Assembly: GCF_006345805.1 (NCBI RefSeq)
Contig: NC_042997.1
Span: 5,704,001 to 5,768,000, forward strand
Reading direction: 5' to 3'
Length of the DNA stretch: 64,000 bases
Origin: Octopus sinensis
Taxonomy: Eukaryota
Translations under genes and position numbers: made by a program
Shown here: positions 11,929 through 25,696 of the stretch, piece by piece
How the letters are laid out: the number at the start of each line of letters is the position of its first letter
How positions within the stretch are numbered: the stretch's first letter is position 1
The notes under the pieces: model-generated
The model's input: the letters and a program-made list of their open reading frames with translations, nothing else
What the model was told of the DNA's origin: nothing
Databases searched by the model: none

Positions 11929-12153
11929 TATATGTGTGTGTGTGTGTTTGTGTGTCTGTGTTTGTCCCCCTAGCATTGCTTGACAACCGATGCTGGTGTG
12001 TTTACGTCCCACTAACTTAGCGGTTCGGCAAAATGAGACCGATAGAATAAGTACTGGGCTTACAAAGAATAAGTCTCGGGGTCGATTTGCTCGACTAAAG
12101 GCGGTGCTCCAGCATGGCCGCAGTCAAATGACTGAAACAAGTAAAAGAGTAAA
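11738..12153 (+). mobile_element. Full-length composite tRNA/CORE-like SINE (young)
   Basis: GGCGCTGGAGTGGATGTGTGGTAAG head, internal (TA)n(TG)n ~11895-11950, tail GGCGGTGCTCCAGCATGGCCGCAGTCAAATGACTGAAACAAGTAAAAGAGT. Confidence 0.92.
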
Positions 12154-12189
12154 GTGTATATATAATAATGATAATAGCATTGATTTCAA

Positions 12190-12600
12190 ATATTGGTAAA
12201 AGGTCAGTAATTTAGGGGGACAGAATTATATTGACCCCAGTGTTCAACTGGTACTTATTCTATGGACCCCAAGAGGATGAAGAGCAAAATCAACGGAGAC
12301 GGAATATAATTTAAGAAAATAAAGACGGATAGAATACCGCTAAATATATGGTCCGATGTGCTAACGGTTCTGTCAGCGTTCTGTCTTTATATTAAAGATA
12401 ATAATACTAATAATAATCTACAATTAAGGCACGGGGCCAGAAGCTTTCAGAGGAGGTGATTACTCAATTACATGACCCCCCAGTACAGAATTTTATCAAC
12501 CCTGCATATAGGAAGAGATAAAACCCTTAAGAGATGAAAGATGAAGATAACTTCAGAAGCATTTGAACTCCGCATTGCAACGAACGGAATTAATACATAC
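12190..12600 (-). mobile_element. Two degenerate family-B SINE copies
   Basis: TTGACCCCAGTG...CTGGTACTTATT...GGATGAAGAGCAAAATC...ATACCGCTAA...TGCTAACGGTTCTG. Confidence 0.6.
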
Positions 12601-13262
12601 ACCATTTTCTTTTTTCCAATTGTTTAAAGATTCCGTCAATCGACCAATAGCAAACAGAATTGGGTGTATAGTAAATTAGATAGACCTTCTCCGCACTTGT
12701 TTAATGAGTTATCATCTGTCAGTTCTCATACATTACAGCAACCGATGCACGTTGTATTTCTCAATGTGTGATCACGTAAAGTACACATCAGCATTCAACT
12801 TGACGGTATCATCAACATTAAATTTACTTATTTTTTTCAAAATTGCGTTTTAGATTTTCACGCTGTTTCCAGAAAAGAAATGTAGTTTCGTTTGCTTTAG
12901 TTTTACACCTCATTTATTTCCTTCTGTTTAATGTTTGGCTTGTCAAATTCAGATGTATGAGCTAAACTGATAAATTAGACTCATTGTCGAAATCTTAAAG
13001 TAAATATATTATTTAAAATGTGTTGTCACTTCATGTTTCGCTGTTCAGCTTAGATAAGAAACAAACTGACAACGAATTATACTGTGAATATTTTTGTTCT
13101 ACTCAGTTAATTCCAGTGTGCCTACACATAGACATTTGTGTGTGCATTTGTGAATGAATACACACACAGACACAAACATATACACGCACATATATGTATA
13201 CATGTATAAAACATATGTATGTGTGTGTTTGTGTAAAAAAAAATGTCCAACCTTCTGTTTTG

Positions 13263-13395
<133 letters not shown>

Positions 13396-13922
13396 TCATT
13401 ATTATTAAGACATGATGACAGATTCCTCTTTGGCAGAGATCTCATTGAATTTTTGAAGATCCACTTGAAAAGGAAACTGAGAGTGGGTAGGGAAGTGCTG
13501 TCCTTGATTGATTTTCTTTGAAAGGTGGGTAAAATTTGCAAAACTGGGGAGAGTAGATAGTTTCTCTCCAAGTATTGATCTCTGAGCCGGAGAGAAGGAA
13601 TTGGAGAGAGCACTTGCTCTGGGTTTCCATGGAAATCCCGGATAGTAGGGTTCCTGGTTTATCCCAAGAGGTATTCCTACATTAGGAGGGCCACATGTCT
13701 ATCATCCACCCATCTAATGTTACAAAAAAAAATGTTGTGTGCTACGCATATGTCCATTCTTTCTCAGTGTATATGGTGTATAATTATTATCTTTCTTTTA
13801 TCATTTCTTTTTTTTTTATTTCGTTACATGTAAACCGCCATAATTTATGTCTGTCTCTGTACTATCCCATTCATCCTTCGTCCTTTGGCAAATAAAGGAA
13901 ATTATTCATATTCATATTATTA

Positions 13923-14196
13923 TTGAGTGAGAGAGCAGTGTATTCCATCAAAGTGACACTGGGTTAAAATATACGAAGCCCAGTATTCCCATCATGACTA
14001 CCCGTCTGATAAGGATACACCAGGCACATGCATCACAACCATATGTGCGCGACGTGGTGATCTCATATCAAGATAAACAGCACATGACTTTGCAGGTGGG
14101 GCCCGGTTAGAATGTCTTCTGGTCGAGCAACCCATCCCGCTCAAAAGGTGCCTGAATAAGGGTTGTTTAAGGATGTTGAACCAAACACTCATGTTT
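13923..14196 (-). mobile_element. Element A, 3' half
   Basis: Closely similar to 14447-14720. Confidence 0.9.
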
Positions 14197-14360
14197 AGTC
14201 TTCAGGTTGCACATTTTGCCAATTTCAAATTCAAGATCTTTATTATACTTGCTCAGTTTTTGGTAGGTCGTGACAGATACATTTATACCGACTGGGACAG
14301 TCGTATTAATGAGGAGGCATGATTTTTGTCTGAAGTTTTTCAATATAATGTCTATTATCA
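14197..14360 (-). mobile_element. R4/Dong-clade fragment (alpha)
   Basis: DIILKNFRQKSCLLINTTVPVGINVSVTTYQKLSKY(fs)KDLEFEIGKMCNLKT, homologous to 10630-10790. Confidence 0.85.
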
Positions 14361-14375
14361 GTATTATTATTATTA

Positions 14376-14446
<71 letters not shown>

Positions 14447-14448
<2 letters not shown>

Positions 14449-15091
14449 GAGTGAGAGAGCAGTTCATGCCATCAAAGTGACACTGGGGTAAAATATACGA
14501 AGCCCAATATACCCATCATGACTACCCGTCTGATAAAGGTACACCAGGCACATGCATCACAACCATATGTGCGCGACATGGTGATCTCATATCAAGATAA
14601 ACAGCACATGACCTTGCAGGTGGGGCCCAGTTAGAATTTTCTTCATTTTGAGTAGCCCATCCTGCTCAAACGGTCCCTGAATAAGGGTTGTTTAAGGATG
14701 TTGAAAGAACCACCCATGTTTCCAGAGGTGAACTATTCAAACCTCAAAGAATCCCTCTCAACACATGGCTATGATGCTCCCCCACTACTTCTGCTCGTGA
14801 TCAGAGATGCACATATCGTCAGCCACTAAGGGACATGCTCAACTGGTTAAGGTCAAACAACTGACAAGCAAATCTGTGGTATTGAGCAGAATATTTGCTG
14901 TAGGCCATCTTTTATACCAAGACAAAACAATGTACATGATAACACTTCCAATCAGTTAAGATCAGAAGCCATGAGAGCCACTGCCTGGTACTGCATCAGG
15001 GTATGGACAAAACAATGTACATGATAACACTTCCAATCAGTTAAGATCAGAAGCCATGAGAGCCACTGCCTGGTACTGCATCAGGGCATTT
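14447..15091 (-). mobile_element. Element A, full-length, with an 85-bp 5'-terminal tandem duplication, flanked both sides by (TAA)n
   Basis: (TTA)n at 14362-14446 and 15092-15205; duplicated 14921-15001 / 15006-15086; no ORF and no Pol III boxes recognised. Confidence 0.9.
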
Positions 15092-15122
15092 ATTATTATT
15101 ATAATAATTATTATTATTATTA

Positions 15123-15180
<58 letters not shown>

Positions 15181-15329
15181 CATTATCATCATCATTATTA
15201 TTATTGCTGTTGTTTGATCTGTGAGAGTGCTCGATCAGATTTACTCTGATTGAGCCTGTTGTCGGAGGTCGCACAGTATATATTTCAGCACATTATAAAC
15301 TTTGATAATCGGTTATTAATAATCATTGA

Positions 15330-15500
15330 AGACATTCACCAAATTCTCAAAATCCTAGCTGTCCCTAGCGGAACTGTATTTTGAGGATGTTCACGTATCA
15401 ATTCTGATTTCTCTGCCATATATTTCGACCTCAGCTATTAGTGCTACGAGTGCCCCTACAACTGGTATGACATACACTTTCCCCATAGTCCATATTCTTG
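15330..15500 (-). mobile_element. R4/Dong C-terminal remnant (beta-like); second copy at ~15993-16165
   Basis: RIWTMGKVYVIPVVGAL...HPQNTVPLGTARILRI resembles IPVVIGALG...LQKTALLGTARILRKV. Confidence 0.7.
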
Positions 15501-15675
15501 CAATATGTAATTTGTACATTTAGTAATTTGTGCATTTTAGTAATTTGTACATTTTCATATTTTCTAGTTCTTTGTCATTTATTCGTGCATTCCCAGGTAT
15601 TGCACTACATTTTATTACCTACGCTAAAACTTTCGTTAAGGCAAAGTCTGAAGTTTTTCAATATAATGTCTATTA

Positions 15676-15728
<53 letters not shown>

Positions 15729-15771
15729 ATTATTATTATTATTATTATTATAATTATTATTATTATTATTA

Positions 15772-15819
<48 letters not shown>

Positions 15820-18299
15820 TATTATTATTATTATTATTATCATTATCATCATCATTATTATTATTGCTGTTGTTGTTTGATCTGTGAGAGTGCTCGATCA
15901 GGTTTACTCTGATTGAGCCTGTTGTCGGAGGTCGCACAGTGTATATTTCAGCACATTATAAACTTTGATAATCGGTTATTAATAATCATTGAAGACATTC
16001 ACCAAATTCTCAAAATCCTAGCTGTCCCTAGCGGAACTGTATTTTGAGGATGTTCACGTATCAATTCTGATTTCTCTGCCATATATTTCGACCTCAGTTA
16101 TTAGTGCTACGAGTGCCCCTACAACTGGTATGACAGACACTTTCCCCATAGTCCATATTCTTGCAATATGTAATTTGTACATTTAGTAATTTGTGCATTT
16201 TAGTAATTTGTACATTTTCATCTTTTCTAGTTCTTTGTCATTTATTCGTGCATTCCCAGGTATTGCACTACATTTTATTACCTACGCTAAAACTTTCGTT
16301 AAGGCGAAGGTATTGGCTTCAATCCTATTTTTTTGATTATTTTTTTTGTCCGTGGACAAGAGGTCTGAAGAACCGCTCAATAAATTCGGATGAAACTTTC
16401 AGGGATGTTTTGCCTCTTGACTGGCACGAACGGATTAGATTTTGGGATCGATCCGGTACCGGACATGGATTCTAGATTATTTTGTTATATTTTCTTTACT
16501 TTACATGTATATGTAAAGTTTCACATAGTTCTCTTGTACACGCACACGCATACACACATATAGTCACACTTCAAATGCTTTTTCTCGGCCTTCATTATTC
16601 ATCTATCACACCTTCTTTTCTCATTCATACGACGCTCTCATTGCCATTTATCTCCTCTACCTTTACCTCTCACTCCGGCTCTATTTGATACACGCACCCC
16701 CACACAAATATATATTAAAAGACAACGCTGATTATTATATTAGGAGATTATACATACATTTTAACACTTTACAGTATACTTACATATATCCATAATTCTA
16801 TACATCGATCTAAAACAACAGGATTACTAAAGGAAGACAGGTATTGAAGAGAAGAGAAATCGAAAAGTTCTCATGATATTCATTTAAAAATTCATGAGTA
16901 GAACATATTATTATTCTTTCTAATGCTTTGAAACTATTTTGAATGATGAATTTGTTCTCTTCGGCTTGTATTAGATATCGATATTACTGTTACGAAATTT
17001 TCTAGAGTTGCTTTGAGATGAGTCATCTTTACTACCTAGACGACACATACACGCACACAGCATTACAAAGTGGCCTGCTCATCAACATTCACATTCCATG
17101 ACTCTCATTGGGATCGATCAAGTACCAGACAAGTTATATGGTGTATTTTTTTTCCGTTTGAGAGCTATCGGGTTAATTTTTAGTATTCTAGTTTGTGAGA
17201 GTAGTCGATTTTATTTCAGATATTCTCATCTTAAAAATCATCTCCGGTCAATCGTTGAGATTACGTTGGTGTTTCGTTGGCCGAGGTTTGAGCTCTCTGT
17301 GTACTCGTTATTATTATTGTTGTTGTTGTTTGTTGTTATTTGTTGTTGTTGTTTGTTGTTATTTGTTGTTGTTGTTGTTTCCCATGTCGAAATACACCGG
17401 GTTGGAACTACACTGGCATTTGTAGCAGAATGGAAACATTCCTGAGACCAAATTTCGTAGTGTGTCCCACTTTGCCGTGCCCCTCTTTAATATATAAGTG
17501 GCTGCATACATTCAAATATACATATACATATGTATACATGTACATATATACTTATATATGTGCATATGTTTATGTATATATGCTCAGGCACTCCTGCACA
17601 TACACACACGCATACATATACAAGAATGTATATGATGTATGTTTAATGTATATATTTGTGCATGGTATTCAACATGACCTTTCTGTTTTTTTATCATTAA
17701 TGTCATTTGGGTAACATTGAAAATTAATTCTAAATAACATACAGAAACTGATATTCAACATTAGAAAAAAAACGATATTATAATTCATAGTAACTCTATT
17801 CAATTTCGTTGCGGTGAAAATATAGTGATATTTAAATATTTTCGGTATATTGTTTTAACGAATAAGTATAATAAGCACACGTTCATTATTAAATAAACAA
17901 GAAATACAAACGTACGATTTGATTTTTCATTTAATGGATATAATGTGGATGCTCAAGATGATGATAATTGTTATGATTACAATGTTATTGAACATAGTAG
18001 TTGTCTTTGCTATGATAATTATATGGAATAATATGCTATTTATAATAAGGAATGATGTTATGCGATATTTGGTTATGATGATGATAAAAATAATTCATAT
18101 GATGGTGGCGTTGTTTTTGTTCATTCGGATTGAATATGGATCAAGATTCCAAGCTCTCAGATAAGCCATTCGACATTTTATGTTCTATCTTTCGCATTTT
18201 GACCTTTACATTTGCGTGTCCAGATTAATGCTCCTGGATTTAAGACAAGATTAAGGCTAGTGAATGTATTGAGTGTACACGACCTTGATGATAGAGATT

Positions 18300-19480
18300 A
18301 CGTAGATGATTGTGGTGATTCTGGTAACGAGATTAAATGTATTGATTTCTATCAACTAAGAAGAAATTAAGATTTTTGTTATTAAGGTGGAGTTTCCAAT
18401 AGCATCGACTTCAGTGCTGTTATCTTATCTTATGATACGGTGATGGAAATATTATAGGTTGGCCGAGTAAAATTGAAGAATATTTCGAATGAAAACAAGG
18501 ATTAAGAAATTTTCAAAGAAGTTGTCATTTTAAATTTTAATATATTGGACAATCCACTCTTTCCAAAACACTCCGATATAAATAATATAGTAAGCTGATC
18601 CTTGAGCGCAATTTGAGGGATCCAGTAAGTTGCAACTATTCTGACCATTTCTTTACTCCGACGGTATTTCGGCAAATTAACTGACTGCCTCATAAGAGTA
18701 GCTAATAAGTTTTGGATGTTCCTCTCTCTCAATAAACATTCTCGTGTTACGTAAGAAATTTTACCTGTACTGTTCTTCGTTTTAGTATGTCATAGGAAAT
18801 ATTAATAGATGAATGCTAATGTTATAGTGTCGTAATGTTTGTAATTGTAGCTGATGATTAATGAGATTAAATCAGTGCACCGAGCGAAGGTCATTTCTTA
18901 AAATACACAAATCTATCCGGTCATGAAAGTTGGTTAGAATACATGTATTTAATATTGTTCAGATAGTGTGGTATAGCGAGTGATGAGTTGCGACACGGTA
19001 AATCTGTTACAATCAAACACAAGCAAAATAATTAGAGAATCCCATTGGTGGATTGTGTCAACATGAAGTAGTAAAGTGAAAGGTAAATGGAAGATGACAT
19101 GAAATTCTCTGAGGAAAATCCTTCGTTGAAATATAAGGTATTTAGTGTCAATACAGCAAACTAACATACAACATTTCTTTCTCTTCATATCTTTCCATTC
19201 GGAAATATATACACAGCAAGAGAAATGTTTATAAGTAGCTATGATATAATAGTTTTATTAAGCAATTGGAATATCTGTTGATAGGCGTGATTCCAAATCT
19301 TCTGTACACGTCTCTCTAGGTTTCTAAAAAGAAGTCCTGCCTCTAACTTGTATAGAAAGCTACTTGAAATTTTACTGGGATGTCTCAAAAATGACACATA
19401 CGGAAGACTGTCAGAGGTAAACTCCTCAATAATAAAAGATGGAATGGCTCCGGTATACCCATCGCTAAACAAAATAAAGC
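18300..19480 (-). mobile_element. Possible highly decayed Penelope-like RT remnant
   Basis: MVRIVATYWIPQIALKDQLTILFISECF...SNILKF...LFSF loosely follows the PLE RT motif VSYDV.SLFTNIPL.ETI.IL...LFQF; many stops and frameshifts. Confidence 0.35.
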
Positions 19481-19779
19481 TATAGTATATTGCTCATGGA
19501 TAAAATATACTCTTAAGAATTAAATTCAAATAGAATTATGCAACCAATATATTTAACTAATGTACAATATTAAAATCAATATGTAGTAACTGTGCACCAG
19601 TACAATCAGGTGGTTCATGACGATAATAGCGAAAGAGTTCATAAGATAATGTTGAACTGTTTGGAACAATACAAGCGTAAGCGGAAAAATTCATAGGGTG
19701 AATATGAACAAGTGTTATGAAATTTTGCATGCATTGATTTCAGCTCTTCTTATTAATAACAGTATGCAGTAATTTCAAC

Positions 19780-20998
19780 TATGCTCCATAACTGCAATCA
19801 TTAATTTTAACACTCCTTAATAATTGCATTTTGGTCCGTGTAAACCGATATATGGCAGGTCAAAGAAGACTTCAAAAGAAACTAGTGGTGACACAATTGA
19901 AAATTGGCAAACGTTATCATCGTGGAGTTAGCAAGTGCCTGCAGAAAAAAATATTTAGTCCCCAAAGGTATTCCTCTTGATTTGGCTGCTACATTATGGG
20001 ATAACACTGCAGCTTTATGAACAGAGCAAAACTGGGCAGCTGAATTTAGGAGGGGAAGAGAGAGTCTTCACGTGACCCAAAATCTTGATATCATGTAGCT
20101 GCAATCACAGAGGAAAATATTGACTGTGCTCACTAAAAGATGATCGGTGACAGACAATTGGTCAAATAACCAATCCTATTAGCATATTCCGTGAGAAAGA
20201 TGAGAACGTTATGCATAATGAACTTAGCATGAGGAAGGCTTCTGCTGGGTGGGTTCCTCGTCCTCTGACACCTGGTCAAAAACGTAGCAGGCTGATCACA
20301 TCTCAGGAGAATTAATCTGATATTGTTTGAGGCAGATGCAGCTGTATTCCTTGTACCTTTACTAACCCAAGAATTTTATTGTCTTCATCACTTTCAGGTA
20401 GAGGCAAAAAGATAATCCGTGCATTGGAAACCCACATCCTCACTTGTTCCAAAGAAGACAGGGGTGATTTCATCTGCACGGAAGGTGATGACCTCAACTT
20501 CTGCGGGTGCAAAAGACATTGTGTTTAGTTGGCTATATTCAAAAGTGCTACACGCCATTAATGGAATGCAATATGCCAAATTCCTGAGGCAGTTACAAAC
20601 GCTATCTATATCCAACGCCCAGGAAAACGGACTAAAGGTATTTTGTTCCACGAGCAAAATGCTCTAGCACACAGGTTTTCTTGTGCGTGATTGTGTCTTT
20701 TTACTTGTTGACCAACATCCCTATTCTCCTGATTAGCCCCTATCAGTCATCTTTTCTCCAACATGAAAAAACACTTGGCATTTAACGAATATCGCATTCA
20801 TGATGATGTCATATCCTCTGTTCATAACTTTTTTGACCAAGAGGATGAAGGCTTCTTTACTAATGGGATTCAAGAACTCTAATACCAATAAAAATTGTAT
20901 GGACCTCAAGGGGATCAATGTTGAGAAATACAGCTCATTTGGTCACATTTCATGAGAGCATCTTGGTCAGTTTATGAACCATTTAGCCGACGCTCGTG
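19780..20998 (+). mobile_element. Decayed mariner (DD34D) transposon
   Basis: WAAEFRRGRESL, ELSMRKASAGWVPRPLTPGQKR, SARKVM, HPYSPD*, FSNMKKHLA, DDVI, FFTNGIQEL; right TIR remnant ending ...GCCGACGCTCGTG. Confidence 0.9.
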
Positions 20999-21637
20999 TT
21001 AGCTTAACGTATATGACTGCTTTGGGTTCAAACTAGATGACTAATAAGAAGAGGTGAAAAATCTTGAAAGACAAAGATTAATTTCAAAATGGTCATGACT
21101 TCAAGAAGAAAAATAATAGAAAAACAATATTCCTGCATAAGGTATGCATGTAGTAATTTCGACACTAAAACAAATAATAGTGATAATCACTTCACCAAAA
21201 ATGTTGGGAGATATTTTCTGGGAACTGAAACACTTTCTCCCATAAAAATAGAAACCTGCTACTCAAAGTCACAGGTGGCGTAAAAAAGTTACGTCCCTTG
21301 TTTAGGTAATTTTATACGTGACATGTCTACTTATACGTTTAATTCACTCATTTTATTTACAATTCATAGTTGATATTGTTTAATATCTTAAAATACTGCT
21401 ATTTTTGGATGAAATATGTTTTATTTTCCTTTTTTGGAAACTGTCAAATTTATCCCGAACACCTTGTACGCATGTGTATGTGTGCGTGCATGTATCGATA
21501 CACCGTTTTATGCAGGAATGTACCATACACTGCTGGAAAACAATGTCGAAATAAAGCATAAAATCATGTTCATTAAGAAGTTCCAAACATTGTATTAACG
21601 AAAGAAATAAAAGTAGACAAAGATCATAATATCTTAC

Positions 21638-21697
21638 CTTCAATATCCGCTCCAAGTTATGTTATGGTTATGTTGAATTTTTCCGTAGGGGACAGAC
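21638..21697 (-). other. Candidate 60-nt non-coding (5'UTR or lncRNA) exon
   Basis: Acceptor TTTTATTTCTTTTTTCTGTTTACAG|G and donor AAG|GTAAGA; stops in all three frames. Confidence 0.5.
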
Positions 21698-22220
21698 CTG
21701 TAAACAGAAAAAAGAAATAAAACACGATCAATATTTGTTCGCTGTTCAAATAATATACAAAATGTATTAAAATGAGTCTAAAAATGAAATAAATACGTAT
21801 AAAATAACCGTGTCGCTTATTAAATTGCCTTGTCTTTAGTTCTTTGCGCTATTAATAATAATTTAGCCTCAAATATTTGCTATTCCTTGATATCGATCAT
21901 TTTAGGTTTTTAATTTCTGTTTCAATTTCTTTGTTGTTGCCAGTTTTCATTAGATTTTTTTTCTTGATCTCATTCGGTTTCGTTTAATATTTCAATATTT
22001 CATTTGTAATTTTATATGTGTGAATATATGTTTTACGCCCGCGCGCACACAGAGACACAAACACATATTCGACTGTATGTATGTATTTATGAATGTGTAT
22101 GTACACGCGCGCGTGTGTATTCACTGAATGTACTTTCTGTGTGTGTGTGTCCGTGTTTGTGTGTGTAGATATTTTATTCATATATGCATACACACGCCTA
22201 TTTATATGCACATACATATG

Positions 22221-22286
<66 letters not shown>

Positions 22287-22867
22287 GTATGTATGTACGT
22301 GTGTATCTTTGTGTGAAACCACGTATGTGTGTTTATAAAAAAAATCATATATGTCTGTGAATGCATAATAAAATCACACATAGATTACACCGAACATACA
22401 TACACATATGTACATTCACACATACCATTAATTTATTCCTGGTATAGCGTTATTAACGAAATACAAACAAAAACCAAAGAAATATATAAAACTGTGCGTA
22501 AACATATATTTTGCCGTGTGAATTAGATTAGCGATGAATCTGCAATTTGATATCCCTTTGTACCTTCAGTGTTTAGTTCATAAAGTTAAAACGTTGCTTC
22601 ACCTAGAACATTCCCTTCAAAGCAGCTGTATTGCAAACAAGACGATTAACTGGAAGGCTTGTTAGCAGTCAGTATGATAATGTTCATACATATAATGCAC
22701 GCTAAGGCTCAAATGTACAATAACTCGGGGAAACACACTCCATCGGTGACGGCGTACACAGAGTACAGTTACAAATTCATATCATCTTCACACTCCTTGA
22801 GAGATATAGTAAAAAGTAAACATACAGACATATATATTTATACATATGCTTCTATGTATAGGCACAC

Positions 22868-22910
<43 letters not shown>

Positions 22911-23048
22911 TATACTTATATAAATATATATACATATATGTATATATACATACATATATATATACATATATATACATATATATATATACATATATATACA
23001 TACATACATATATACATACATACACATGGATACATATATATGTATATA

Positions 23049-23101
<53 letters not shown>

Positions 23102-23178
23102 TATATACATACATACATATATACACACACATAAATATACAAAGATACACACACACATACATATACATAGATACACAC

Positions 23179-23218
<40 letters not shown>

Positions 23219-23318
23219 GAATATATATATAAGTGAGAAGCAAGTTAGGCAAGTCAATTTGTACATAATTTTGCTTTCAGGTTCTAATTGCTAATAAGCC
23301 ATATTTTTAATTTGTGTG

Positions 23319-23351
<33 letters not shown>

Positions 23352-24489
23352 GTGCGTGTATGTGTCTATATATGTATGTATGTAATGTATGTATGTATGC
23401 ATGTATGTATGTGTGTATGGCATCCATGATTTTCTTTTATCTAACAGCTATTTACATCATCTTTACGGATGTTATAAATATCTTTTAAAGGTAATTAAGG
23501 ATGAAAGAAGAAAAATATCCGTTCACCTTACCATTATTAATTAATATTATTAATATTATTACTCTACGGAAATTATGCAGTCCTGAACAGGATAATAGTA
23601 TTTAGCCAGCGGGAAAAGTCACCTGAGCCTGCAACTGAACTCTAGTTTTTACAATAAGACTGATCTGAAACCGAATTATGGGAGAACACTGTAACTGCAA
23701 GGATAATATATCCGTTGGAAGGAACTACTGCTATATCTAGCGAACGGGTGTTCACCACCGATCGTGAGCACAAATAGCTGGAAACCGGACGGTCTGGTGA
23801 CTCTGTCGTCACTGGGAAATTGTGGGGTTTTTTCTACCCTGCTGCAATATATATCGGTTGCAGATTGCATCGATAACCAGCGAGAGGGGGCGTCCTTATG
23901 GGGTTATAAACGGTAGTAACGTCGGTTCCTATGGAATAGCCATGTTGAAGTGGCGATAAATATTACTTCCTAGTATATATCTTGTAGGGGTTTTCTAACT
24001 CGCTACTTTACTTGCTAATAAATAAATAAATAATAAGAAAAAACAGAAAAAAGATAAAATGCTTAATCAGGCTTGCATCATTAGGTATTTGTTATTGTTT
24101 TAAAGCTCAGGAATTAGCTGGCATGCGTCTGACTCTCTAGCGATGTTTGCAGATGTAAAATTATCATGACAAGAAGAAGGCCTTAGAGCAGTGTTTCTCA
24201 GAATAGTTTGCGTGGGGAAAATGATGTGGTATTACAGGGTGCGATCCGTAACAAAATTTATTTAAAAACAATTTCTGTCAAATAAATGGTATCCGTCCCA
24301 TGAAATTAATCTCAATATACAATTTTGGTATGAATATATTCTCTCCGGATTACATTTTTTAAAGCCTGGGTCGATGTCATTTTCCGCGTAGTGATTCTGG
24401 AAACTCGCTGAGATGCCTGGTGATTCTTTAAAACCCCTGATCTGCAATATCTATCCCTTTGATAAGTCTCCTCAGTACACAGTAATGTT

Positions 24490-24850
24490 GTATGGTATGT
24501 AGGATGAACCCAGAGGTTAACTGTAAGGTTAGGAATGTAGTGTATAGCTTACGATATATTGAGGGACGTTTCAGAAACATGACAGCCACCTACATTGGAG
24601 AGACTGCAGCGTATATAAGCACATTGGTGAGAGATCAAAGAAGGGAAAATCTCGCCAGTGCTCTTACAACATGTTTAGGCAGAACATGGACACTCGATTA
24701 ATAGCAGAGAGGTTAACGTACTATCGACACATAGAACTGACACGACACTTAGACACACATAACAGTAGATAGACTGAGCCTCAATAGAAAATACGAATGG
24801 AACAGTAACACCCGCCACCACAACACGCCACACCACATGACTAAAGGATG
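24490..24850 (+). mobile_element. Penelope-like GIY-YIG endonuclease remnant
   Basis: CKVRNVVYSL...ATYIGETA...LVRDQRRE...SAL, the VVY...YIGET signature. Confidence 0.75.
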
Positions 24851-25696
24851 AGAAAATGAGAAGAGAAAGGGAATTATCGTAAATAATAGTCAGAACTATA
24901 CAGACTTATAAGAAATTGAGATAGATGTATAAAACATGATAAATAAATAAATAGATAAATAATTGAATATATATATTTCTCACATACCTGGGATAAATAT
25001 AAGACAGAGATAGGTAAAATAAATAAATGAAACCATATAAATGGCATGGATACATACAACATACGAAGCTAACACATACAAACACACACACACAAGAAAT
25101 GTCATTGTCATAAAAATGTCAGCATCACAATTAACGGTAGCAGCTGCGCCAATGACAACGATGGCAATAACAACAACTACCACGATGACAAAACCGTGGG
25201 CGAACATAGGTACACAGAGGAATATTTTGGGGTGATTCTTAGGGCAGCAGCAGCAGAATCGAGTGAGAGGATGGGGATGAGGGGAAGGGCACACTGCTGC
25301 TAAAAACTAATGCACACACTCAAGCGTTCACACATACACACAAACAGATAAACAAGGACACAAACGCATGAGGATACACATCTTAGAAGAAGAGAATAGA
25401 GAAAACGGAAAGTGTCGCTAAAGAGGTCACAAATGTGTGACGGAAGATTTCCCGACCATGGGCATGAGTTAGAATAATAAGATAAGATCAGTAATAAACG
25501 AGTGAAGAAAAAATTCTAGTGCGTGTGTTTCTTTGCAAAAAAAAAAAAAAATTAACATCCCGAAATTCAACAATACGTATATATGTGTACTAATACAAAA
25601 TAAGATTAGCAACAGCGGCTTCTGAGTAAAGTGAAAAATCGGAGTGACCTGAGAACGCTTCGCATTATCAAATATTGTCTGAACCCATTTTACTCA

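Larger units (their letters stand above)
14328..16309. repeat. Tandem duplication: unit 1 14328-15645 (contains element A), unit 2 15646-16309 (lacks it)
   Basis: GTCTGAAGTTTTTCAATATAATGTCTATTATC at 14328 and 15646; ~460-bp block 15181-15645 repeated at 15841-16309 with about five differences. Confidence 0.9.

Noticed and set aside
14990-15091. Ribozyme at the 5' end of element A
   Set aside because: CTGATGC is not CUGANGA, and no HDV L3/P2 pattern was found in the first ~300 nt
17190-17260. VCESSRFYFRYSHLKNHLRSI resembling a C2H2 zinc finger
   Set aside because: Second Cys and last His are absent, spacing is off by one, and there are no neighbouring fingers
23700-23790. SSERVFT resembling the hAT dimerisation motif
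   Set aside because: Short match with no surrounding transposase similarity
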